The notes below the pieces were generated by a model. It was not told the origin of the DNA, searched no databases, and saw only the letters and a list, made by a program, of their open reading frames with translations. DNA of 62,960 bases, filler included, from Pelomyxa schiedti (lineage: Eukaryota > Protista > Evosea): NCBI GenBank assembly GCA_020536535.1. It is 6 parts of 6 records of this genome, joined end to end, with 100 filler letters (N's around TTAATTAATTAA, not from the genome) between each part and the next. Parts side by side here need not be neighbours in the genome. Positions count along the whole stretch, not along the records: positions 53,038 to 59,363 come from JAHLWZ010001432.1; positions 59,464 to 60,906 come from JAHLWZ010002501.1; positions 61,007 to 62,960 come from JAHLWZ010002197.1; 3 more parts are not named here. The stretch is one strand, 5' to 3'. The translations under genes and the position numbers were made by a program. Below, in pieces: positions 53,317 through 62,960 of this stretch (position 1 is its first letter; every line of letters begins with the position of its first letter).

Positions 53317-56146
53317 TCAGTCCTGGCGAGCGTGCTGTGGACGAGGCAGTTCGGAATTCAGTGGTCTGTGAGCAAGCACGGTGTTGGTTTCAGACTGTCT
53401 GTGTTGAGGTGGTTCAATCCGGTGGCACGGCGGTGGCGGCGGTGGTGGTGGTGGTTCAACGTGGGTGGGATTGGTGACACAATCATCATCATCATTGTGA
53501 GGCTCCAAGCCAGCGGCATTGGCATCATCATCATCATCTGTCTGCAATAACCAGAGCATTGTGGCCTCGACGACCTCCCGGCATGTTGTGTTGTTTACTG
53601 CTGTATTCGATGGCAGTTCTGTGCCAACTGCGCCAACATTGCCATTCTTACTGCTCTGTACAGAATGGTGAGCGTAAAGGAAATGAAGTACACACACATA
53701 CATAGGCACCATCAGTGAAGGCCACGTTCACCGTCTTCATTTGGGAGCTGTCGTTGGTGCACTCACTGATGGGAATGGTGGTTGTGATGCCGATGGCTCT
53801 GTCCGGCCTCGTACCGGCGAGTGTCCGGTTGGGATTGGTGGCACCTCCATCTTCGGACTCGCATTCAGATTCGGATTCAGACTCAGAGTCAGAGTCGGCA
53901 GGTTGAGGTTCTCGGAGCTTCTGAGAGGATGTGGGTGTGTTGGTTGCCAACTTTTCTTTGTCTTTGGACTCGGAGCAACTGTGCGTTGAGTCCTCTGCCT
54001 CTGGTTCAGGTATTCTTGTTCTGCATTCAATCGCTTTCTCCTTCGACTTCGACAATGGTGTTGCCTCAGAGTCCGAGTCTGAGCCGGAACTGGAACTTGA
54101 TTCATCAACTGCCGTGGAATTCAGGGATTTTCGGGTCTGTCTGTTCTCCTGTTGGTGGCAACGGTTACGTTTGAGTTTCTTCTGTGAGGGGGTGTGGCTG
54201 TGGGTATAGCTGAGAGGGAGGGTTTTGGTTTTGGGATGGTTAATGTGACATTGTAAGTGCTTGTGTAGGCCGGTGATAGCGCTATCGCGTGACTTGTAGT
54301 GGTTCCATCCGGCTCTGTAAAAGTTTGAGCACTGAGGGCACGAATAGGGTGCATCCTTCTCCGTCGGAACAATGGATTTGGCCCTCCGCCATATCTTTTC
54401 TGTGGGTGTACCATGGGTGTTACCTCCATCTTCAGTTTCAGACTCACAGATAGACTCTGAGTCACAGGATACACCACTTTTAGTTTCATCCAGCTGTGCT
54501 GAGTTCAAAGGCTCTGGCACAGGCATTCCCAGGACAATATTTCTGTTGCATTTCCTCCCAGTTGTGATTGCGGGTTTAACAGAAGCTGACTCTGAGTCCG
54601 AGTCTGAGTATTCTGAGGCTAAGTGCGACCCAGATTCAGATGCAGACTCATAAGCCGAGTTCTCCCTGTCAGTCTGGGGTAGACGAGGATTTCCCTCCAT
54701 CTGTTTGGTATCGGTCTGCAGCAAGAACAGTTAGACGGACTAAAGATTGATCAAATGCAATACCTTGCGTGAGGAGGAAAGGGCACACCGTGCAGCGCCA
54801 TCATGTTGATCTGTTGGTTGCTTCAAAGTGGTATCATTGAGCTCATCTGTTGGGAGTTCGGTATCCAGATGTGGTGACGAAGTCAATGGAGCACATGCAA
54901 TTGGTTCTACATCCAGCTGCTTCTCCTGTGTATTCACATCCTTATTGCAACAGTAACAGCAACATTTGCAGCAACTCCGGTGTTGATACAAAATCTCCAC
55001 AGAACGCTCTCGCACTAACCCATTCAGATTTTGGGATGGATGACTTGGGGAGCAAGTTGGGGTCCCCTGCAAGCGATGTGGAACAACCCCAACTGCAGAA
55101 GCCGGAGATGTCAGAACCACTCGCAGCATTGCCACTTTGTCACTCAGTGTATTTTCTGCGTTGGGGTGGCACCGACGTTGGTGAGCGTGGCTATTCATGT
55201 GCTGATTGAGACTGTTTATGGCGGATCGGCGTGATACATAGTAGGCGCTCCACCCAGGCCTGGAGTACCTCGTGCACAGTGGGCATGCGTAAGGTTCGTT
55301 CCCACCTATCGGTACAATCTCAATAGACTGACGAGTCCCTGGAGTTGACAATTGACGTTCATCCAACTGGGAGTCGCGGGGTGCACGCGGCGTGCTGTTT
55401 GCATCGCATATCTGTGGGAGAAAGTGAAATACTCAACAGTTGGAGCAAGACTAACGCACATTGCCGAGCAGTGGTGATGACAATGGGGCACCCTCTTCCC
55501 CTCCTTGTAGTGCGAGAGGCGGGACACTTGGAGTAAATTTCTTGTCAGCTTGATCTTTTGAGTTCCTGGTTATATCTTCCTCATAGTCGGAGCTTGAATC
55601 AGAGTCATCTTCCATTTGTGTTCTAGTTGCTTTCGAATGCGTTTGCTGTTGACTGCAGCTCCGTTGGTTTTTCTTTGAGGACTTAGGTGGAATGTGACTC
55701 CTGGTCATGTTTTCACTGTTACTGTGACTTTGGAGGTGATGGAACAAGTTGGCAATGGCATGCTTTCTTGAAGGTGATTCTGCCCATCCCGATATGTGAT
55801 AATCTTTGCACAGCGGGCATTTGTATGGCGTTCGATCCTTGATTGGAACAATCTCCTTGGCTTTCTCCCATACGAGATCCCCTTCTATTAATATGAGATG
55901 AGAATGTTGAGCAGAAAGGAATGCGAGAATACCCATCCTCTCTGTTGCATCGGTATCTCGTGAGCGAGAGCTTCTGCCCATGTCATTCTGAACGTGGTGA
56001 TTCAAGTGAGACTGCAAAAAAATGAGAGCTCTGTCTCTGGAGCCATAGTACTCCCACCCAGTTCTACAGAAATCTGAGCAAATTGGACACTTGTAAGACG
56101 CATCGCCTCTGGTTGGCACGATAGATTTGGCCCACAGTGAACTCAT
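53317..56146 (-). CDS. Long-loop C2H2-like finger protein, paralogue B (4 fingers plus conserved C-terminal CREVVE.TMLWLLQTDD motif)
   Basis: ORFs 55451-56146, 54740-55366, 53648-54724 and 53317-53712 carry the repeated AK.IVP...Y.CP.C...GW...H...H module and the shared tail. Exact exon limits are not all resolved. Confidence 0.7.
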
Positions 56147-56399
56147 TCCCTTCCCTTGGTAACCAACTATGAAAGGTTACAATGCAAAGGGAAAAAAAAA
56201 AAAAAAACAGTAGTTACTGATGTCGGTGGGAAAATGACGCAGGGAAACGCTGTCATCGTCGAAAGTATTAAATGATGAGATCTGTTCCGCAGAAAAGGAA
56301 GACGAAAAATGATGGTCAACTCAGTGGAGTATCGACCCACATGTTTGTTTGTAAGTGTACATTTAACATCAGGGGCATTCATTTTGTGTGAGGGAAGTG

Positions 56400-58859
56400 T
56401 CAGTCCTGACGGGTGTGCTGTGGACGAGGCAGTTCGGAATTCAGTGGTAGTTGGACAAGCATGCTGTTGGATCCAGTCTGGTCCAGTGGTGATTCGTGTG
56501 TGGGATTGGTGACACAGTGGTCCAAGCTGGCAGAGTGAGAATCATCTGTCTGCAATAACCAGAGCATCGTGCCCTCAACTACCTCCCGGCATGCTGTGTT
56601 GTTTCCTGTTGTATTTGATGGTACAATGGTTTTGGCTCTCAGCCATGTCGTTTTTGCGGGTGTACCATGGGTGTTACCTCCATCTTCAGTTTCAGACTCA
56701 CAGATAGACTCTGAGTCACAGGATACACCACTTTTAGTTTCATCCAGCTGTGCTGAGTTCAAAGGCTCTGGCACAGGCATTCCCAGGACAATATTTATGC
56801 TGGCTCTCCTCTCAGGTGTGATTGCGGGTTTAACAGAAGCTGACTCTGAATCCGAGTCTGAGTATTCTGAGGCTAAGTGCGACCCAGATTCAGATGCAGA
56901 CTCAGATTCATAGACCGAGTTCTCCCTGTCAGTCTGTGCCTTGGGTGCCAATATTGGAGATACAAGCCTTGTCACTTTCGCTTCCGGTGTCGCTGCTTCA
57001 TTGTCAGAGCTAGAATCGGAGTCATCAGAGTCAGACAGGGAATCTGAGCTATCCGATGTAATTATCCCACTGGAGTTCGGCTGCTGTTGTTTTTGTGAGG
57101 ATTCGGGAGGGGATGGCTGAGTGCGACTTCTGAGTTCATCTCCTTCACTTTCACCGTTGTGAGTCAGGAGGTGCTGAAACAGACTGCTCACTGCAGCCCA
57201 CCTTGACGGAAACTCCGATGACCAGCTCGATTTCCGAAAGTCTTCACACCGCGGGCATTTATAGGGCGTGCACCCCTTGATTGGTACCGCGGCCTTGGCT
57301 TTCTCCCAAATGAGATGATTCGGTCCTCTCCCTTTATGAAAGAAGGATTAGAAACACAACAGTCAAGGAAATGGCGTCAGCATATTGCATACTCTTCCTC
57401 AGTGTTGTTTTTTGGTCTGATGATATTAACAGTGCGGTACAGGTCTGTGCCATAACTAAGTTAGTTATAAAATGCAAAAGAATAATAACACTGTACCTTG
57501 GGGGCTTCGGAGGAATGTGTAACATTTGCTGTTGATTGTGATCGGCTGTTGTCAGTGGTCTTGCCGTCAGACTGTTGTTCTGGGAGTGCTGCTGCTTCTT
57601 CTGGCTGGGTACATTTTCGCACCCATTTGCGTTGGTGGGGTAGGCAAGTATTACCCTCCTGTTTTGCGGGTGCATCCACCTTCTCAGCCTTGCTATGGCA
57701 GCAGCAACAGCAGCTCTGAGTCGCACCGGAAATCGGTGTCATTTGGACAACATGGCCATGGGTGGTTTCTTTGGGTTTCTCAAGGTGGATTTTGAGGTGC
57801 CGACTTAGAGTTTCAATGGCAGCTTTGCGAGTTCTACAGCGCCACCCAGGCCTCTTGTAATTTGGCTGAATAAAATAATCAACAGACCGGAACGCTGTCA
57901 TTTTCGTTATCGTCGCTCAGGATCGCCGGTCTGGTGTTTTTTTTATTCCGCCATTTGTGCACAGTGGGCATTCATAGGGTGCATCCTTCTCCATTGGTAC
58001 AATGGCTTTTGCTCTTTCCCATGCGGTGATGGTGGGTGGGAGTCCCCCAGGCACATCACAGGGAGAACTACTCGCAGGTGGATGGACTTCCGAATTGTGA
58101 TCGTCTTCAGACACGGAGTCGCAGGATGCACCTCCTTCGGTTGGATCCGGTTGTGTTGAGTTCTCTTTCTCTGGTGCAGGCATTCTGGCTTTGAGCCTGG
58201 CGACTTTCTTCTTCAACGTTGCTGTCTCGAAATCCGAGCGTCTGAGTCGTCAGAACCAGAGTCTGATTCGTCGGTCAAGGAATACCTGGATTTCCGGGTC
58301 TGCTGTTGGCTAGTGCGTCCAACGTTCAGTGCGCGTGGAGATTTCGCATTCGTTTGGTGTTGGTGGTAAGGCCTGCGTCGGTGCTTTTGTGCATATTCGG
58401 GCGAAAACGGGGGAACATTGCTGCTGGGCGTGTCTTCGCCGTTTTCGATGTGGCGCTGGAGGTGATGGAACAAGCCGGCAACGGCGTGTTGTACCGATGC
58501 CCACTCTGAAGACCACCCTGACTTGTTGTATTTTGTGCATACGGGGCATTTGTACGCCCTGTGACCCTCGTTTGGAACGATCTCCTTGGCCTTGGCCAAA
58601 GCAAGCCGGTTTGCTTTACGAGAAGAGAGTGATGAGAAACACGCGCACCACACGGGGTCATCCTCCTCGGCTGCCCTTGTGTGGTGCCTTTTCCATTTCC
58701 TGTATGGCCCTTCAGGTGCAGGTACGCAGAAACCACTGCTCTGTATCTGGAAGGGTAATAATCCCAGCCAGGCCTCTCGTAATCAGAACACTTCGGACAC
58801 GCGTAAGGCGCCTCACTGTATGTTGGTACGATCGACTGGGCCCACGACCACGCGCACAT
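56400..58859 (-). CDS. Long-loop C2H2-like finger protein, paralogue A (4 fingers; third interrupted by a MITE carrying a stop, so possibly a pseudogene)
   Basis: Same module four times, similar first-intron position to paralogue B, same tail (...RQD*). Confidence 0.65.
57864..57952. mobile_element. 89-bp MITE with 27-bp terminal inverted repeats and 4-bp ATTT target-site duplication
   Basis: GGCTGAATAAAATAATCAACAGACCGG versus the reverse complement of the right end, GGCGGAATAAAAAAAACACCAGACCGG (23/27); ATTT on both sides; excision restores CPLCTNYKRPGW. Confidence 0.9.
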
Positions 58860-59006
58860 GCTAAGGTGTTCTTGGGATGGTAGAATTAATGGTGATTGTG
58901 ATCCCGTCTATTTGCACATCTTATAAATCATTGTGCCAGGGGAATGGTGTCAAAATGTACAGCTCATTTTTAGGAGTTCTATCTCTTAAGTTCTATCTCC
59001 CCCAAG

Positions 59007-59363
59007 TTACAATGGCGTTACATTGGCATTGTGTGAGGGAAGGCGAGCGTGCTGTGGACGAGGCAGTTCGGAATTCAGTGGTCTGTGAGCAAGCACGGTG
59101 TTGGTTTCAGACTGTCTGTGTGGAGGTGGTTCAATCTGGTGGCACGGCGGTTGTGGTGGTGGTTCAACGTGGGTGGGATTGGTGACACAATCATCATCAT
59201 CATCATCATCATCATTGCGAGGCTCCAAGCCAGCGGCATTGGCATCATCATCTGTCTGCAATAACCAGAGCATTGTGGCCTCGACGACCTCCCGGCATGT
59301 TGTGCTGTTTCCTGTTGTATTCGATGGCAGTTTTGTGCTCTGTAAAGCATCGTGAGTGTAAAT
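59007..59363 (-). CDS. 3' end of a third tandem paralogue of the finger family
   Basis: LPSNTTGNSTTCREVVEATMLWLLQTDDD...LPRPQHAR, closely matching 53320-53620. Confidence 0.7.
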   Translation of the reverse strand: MYTHDALQSTKLPSNTTGNSTTCREVVEATMLWLLQTDDDANAAGLEPRNDDDDDDDDCVTNPTHVEPPPQPPCHQIEPPPHRQSETNTVLAHRPLNSELPRPQHARLPSHNANVTPL

Positions 59364-59463
59364 NNNNNNNNNNNNNNNNNNNNNNNNNNNNNNNNNNNNN
59401 NNNNNNNTTAATTAATTAANNNNNNNNNNNNNNNNNNNNNNNNNNNNNNNNNNNNNNNNNNNN

Positions 59464-60245
59464 AAGAAGTTGAGGACATTTACCTAACGAAGAAGTGCTT
59501 TGAAAGCTCTGCAGAATTGCCATCTTCACCTTGTCCAGCTGTGTGTAGTCCCTGAACTCCTCAGGCTATGTTTCCGGCTCTGGATGTAACCTCCTTAGGA
59601 TAGGTAAGAGACCAAAACACAGGAGGGGGAACAAACTAGCCTTGTTGGCCAAGGAGCAACAAATAACTCATTGTCAGGCCCAGGATTGTAGCGGGCACAT
59701 CGAAGATTATCTTTGCTTTTTGCAGCCAGTTGATTTCCACACTGTTGGCTAGCGTGGTACATGAGTAACACACACACACAAAAAAAAAAAGAGTGATACC
59801 TGAGGCAGCTAAGCCTCCAGCCCGTATCATTAGAGGGGCAGTGATGTTGGTACAAAAAAACATTGGCTGGCACTCCGGAGTATAATAAAAAAAACAGAGT
59901 TGAAAAAGCAATTAGGAAAAGAAATTTACACACCATTCTCCTCAGGCAGTTGCTCACATTCCCTCTCCAAGTGGGGCTTCGCCTCTCTTTTTTGTTGTTG
60001 TCTTGCCAACAAAGTTGCCGATGATGTTGCGGACGAAGTTTTCGTGGTTGCTGACGATGTGGTCGCGGCTGTTTTCGGGCGCAGATGCCAACGATGTTGC
60101 CGGCGGAGTTGTCAACACACTCGTCAGACCAGTCGTTGAGGAGGTCGGCCTCAATGGGGAAGTCTTGGGTTTCTTTAGGCTCGGTGATTTCGCCTCTTGT
60201 GGCACAACACCGGCCCATGGGCGCAGCGTGTCTCTGTTGGCTCAT
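59464..60245 (-). pseudogene. Degenerate intron-containing coding-like sequence, unknown family
   Basis: Intron-like T-rich segments and coding-like pieces in different frames, with stops; no consistent spliced ORF found. Confidence 0.3.
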
Positions 60246-60289
60246 TTGATGGTTTTTTGATGAGTTTCTACTTCGCTTTTGTGGTGAAA

Positions 60290-60586
60290 TGTAACCTTAG
60301 GTGCATAGATTTTTGATGTAACACAAGGTGCATTGCAATTTTAATGTAACCCGAGGTGCATTGATGTTTGATGTAACCCAAGGTGCATTGCTATTTTAAT
60401 GTCACCTGAGGTGCAAAGAGTCATTCCAATGTAACCTAAGGTGCAGTGATGAGCCTATGGGTCTGGTTTTCGCATTTGTTGGACACATAAGCTATTCATT
60501 GTAACCAGAGGTGCATTGACTTCACTTAAGAGCGCAGTTTTGGAATTTTTTGCACTCTTAAATGTGTGTTGTAACCCAAGGTTACA
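60290..60586. repeat. Array of 8 copies of TGTAACCnnAGGTGCA
   Basis: Starts at 60290, 60317, 60345, 60372, 60400, 60430, 60500 and 60570. Confidence 0.92.
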
Positions 60587-60656
60587 CAGCAACACAAAAA
60601 AGTTGAATGAGCACCGTGCCTGAAAATTGGGATTTTTTTTCCTCCGTGTGCCCAAG

Positions 60657-60862
60657 ACTCTGTCCTCTGCTCGACATGTGGTGAAGTATTTGATGATAAG
60701 TTTTTCAATCACATTGGCTGTGGAAACTGCCCGGTGGGTGGGCTCTGTCTAAACCACACCCTCTTGACATACTCTCAGGTATGCCCATAATGTTAAAGGA
60801 TTCGAGTCCTTTCACCCTTCAGCTGCTGAAATTGAACTCCTCTCTGGAGTTTATATCGCTGG
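60657..60862 (+). pseudogene. PHD-finger-like fragment
   Basis: VLCSTCGEVFDDKFFNHIGCGNCP, an intron-like segment, then YAH in a shifted frame; later Cys ligands are missing. Confidence 0.3.
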
Positions 60863-61006
60863 TATGTTAAAATGACTTCATTTGTTCTATTCAATCCCCA
60901 CCTTTCNNNNNNNNNNNNNNNNNNNNNNNNNNNNNNNNNNNNNNNNNNNNTTAATTAATTAANNNNNNNNNNNNNNNNNNNNNNNNNNNNNNNNNNNNNN
61001 NNNNNN

Positions 61007-62577
61007 CCTCGGACCAAAGAGTACAAGATGATAGGATGTTGGAGCAGGAAATTGAAGAAGTACGAGCAGAACTATGCAATAACGGAACTCGAAGCACTTG
61101 CAGTAGTCTGTGGTATTGTAAGATTCCAAGAATATCTGGAAGGGAGACCATGGATACTGTATACAGATCACTCTGCACTCACAAGGTTGAATGATACTTG
61201 TCCCGCAAACAGTAGAGTTTGGCGGTGGTATGTCACATTGCAAAGTTGTCTACCGTCCAAGATTGTCTATGTGAAAGGCAAGACTAACGTGGTAGCAGAT
61301 GCTTTGTCAAGAGCACCCGTTCTTGATGCAGAGAACGAGGTAGTTACTGAGGGTTCCTGTATTATTTGCCTGTAAGGAGTTTACACCGAAGGAGATGTAC
61401 AACTTACAGAGAGCAGACCCTGAATTGGATTTCATCATCAATTGTCTGGTGGGTAGAGACAAGCCATCACCAGAATTGGCATGGAAGTTGCCATGGTATT
61501 TCATCGATGAGGATTATCTGTTGAAACATTGTCAGAAAGATCAGAAAAGAGATTCTATTTCATCTTGTGTTGTTGTACCTAAAGACAAGAGATGGGAGAT
61601 TTTCGCATATTATCACAATAACGATCTAGGAGCACATCTGAACGCTGGTCAAACACTCGCTAGGATACTCCAAACATTCTGGTGGGATACTATAGTCAGC
61701 GATGTGCACAAGCAAGTCAAGTGCTGCCCAGAATGTCAACAGTGTAACACGTTGCAGCAACCAGTAGCATGTGCAGTGTCTGTACACATCTACGCACCGT
61801 ATCCATTCCATACTATCCAATGGGACCATGCTGGACAAATTTGATAAGAAAGCAACCGCTAATGGGAATAGATTCATACTCAATGTGATTGATGTATTTG
61901 CAAACTATGGGATATGTATCCCAACTCCGAATGAGGAAAGTGCAACAACAGCTAAATTGCTGTGGGAACATGTGTTTTCGAAGTTCGGTATACCTCAGAT
62001 GGTGATGACTGACGGTACTGTAAGGAACACAGCTCAAGTGATTGAACAGTTACATACATTCATGAACACGGTTCATAATATCAATGCACCGTATAGACCT
62101 CAAACAATAGGAAGAGTTGAACAAGTTAATTCCGTTCTCAGAAGAGCACTGAAGAAAGCTGGTGACAAAAGTGTCAAGTGGGATCAAATCATACCTGCTA
62201 TTGTGTATGCACACAACACAGCGCCGAATACTGCAACTGGATTAGTACCGTTTGCACTCGTGTTCGGAAGAGAACCTGTTGAACCAATTGCAGCACCGTT
62301 TACGTGTATTGAGTGCAAGGAGGCCCACACTTACATCAAGCAGATACAAAAAGGATGGGAATTTGCTAACGAACTTAGAGAACGCATTAACGATACAAAG
62401 GATAACCACGTACCAGCGAAGCGCAATTTCAAGCCGAAGTCATTCAAAGTCGGTGACCGCGTACGTGTTTACATGCCTATCACGTCAAGTGTTTCCGGAA
62501 AGCTGAATACGTTGACTCCAGGACCTTATACAGTATTGGAACGTAGAGGAGAGCATACGTGGCTTGTGTCAGCTTAA
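61007..62577 (+). mobile_element. Ty3/gypsy-type LTR retrotransposon pol remnant (RNase H, HHCC, integrase core, SH3-like tail), frameshifted
   Basis: SRKL...EQNYAITELEALAVV...YTDHSAL, KGKTNVVADALSR; YH...AH...CPECQ; WDH...TDG...PYRPQTIGRVE; FKVGDRV...GPY. Frameshifts near 61370 and 61840. Confidence 0.92.
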
Positions 62578-62960
62578 GGGCGATCGGGAGATAAACCACA
62601 TGAAGCCCGGCCGACGGCCCATTGTTACCGTCGACAGCGACCGATTATTTGCCTTTAGACTTATGTTAGCTTTTGCCGGAGCAGATCTGGTCCAGATGTG
62701 TTGCTATCTGCTGTCTGTCGGTGGTTGTTCACAACTCTGAGTGTGTGCAAACAACAACCCATGCCAGTTGTGTGTGTGGGGCTGTGGTTTATGCTTTTGA
62801 GGGAAACAGGTTCAAACCCACGATGAGAAAAAGAGAAAATAAGCTCCTGCCAACCTAGTCAGGCTTTTGCCAATGAATCAGGTTTACAGAACCCAGGAAA
62901 TAACACCCAAAAAGCACCAAATTACAGTCAAATTGCCACTCTGTGGTTGATATTGTGTAA

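Noticed and set aside
60290-60445. CRISPR array reading of the repeats
   Set aside because: Repeats are 16 bp with 11-14 bp spacers that resemble each other; no cas genes; eukaryotic context.

Overview
Eukaryotic, intron-dense protist DNA. It is plausibly amoebozoan and Pelomyxa-like in gene style, but that is inference only. The window is six contigs joined by artificial N-TTAATTAATTAA-N linkers (25661-25760, 36782-36881, 52938-53037, 59364-59463, 60907-61006), with further ~100-N scaffold gaps and duplicated haplotype blocks. Genes are tightly packed and split by 30-60 nt introns, so the ORF track shows only fragments; I reassembled the gene models by hand. Recognisable genes: OCRL/INPP5B, a Greatwall/Rim15/IRE-type kinase, XRCC2, SPRTN, NUP62, NUP98-96, METAP2, RBM28/Nop4, a START protein, Pumilio, a DYRK-like kinase, a sulfotransferase, a GT10 fucosyltransferase and a decayed Ty3/gypsy pol. 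Most notable: (1) an AT-AC intron in SPRTN with a perfect U12 branch site but an atypical 5' site, alongside frequent GC-AG and possible GA-AG donors and a fixed branch-point-to-AG distance; (2) a tandem gene family built from an unfamiliar long-loop C2H2-like finger (8 copies), one split by an 89-bp MITE; (3) an 8-copy phased array of a 16-bp quasi-palindrome; (4) a YciI-F-box-SPRY fusion; (5) a CxxC...CTSSRxH putative transcription factor; (6) an HCN pseudokinase.
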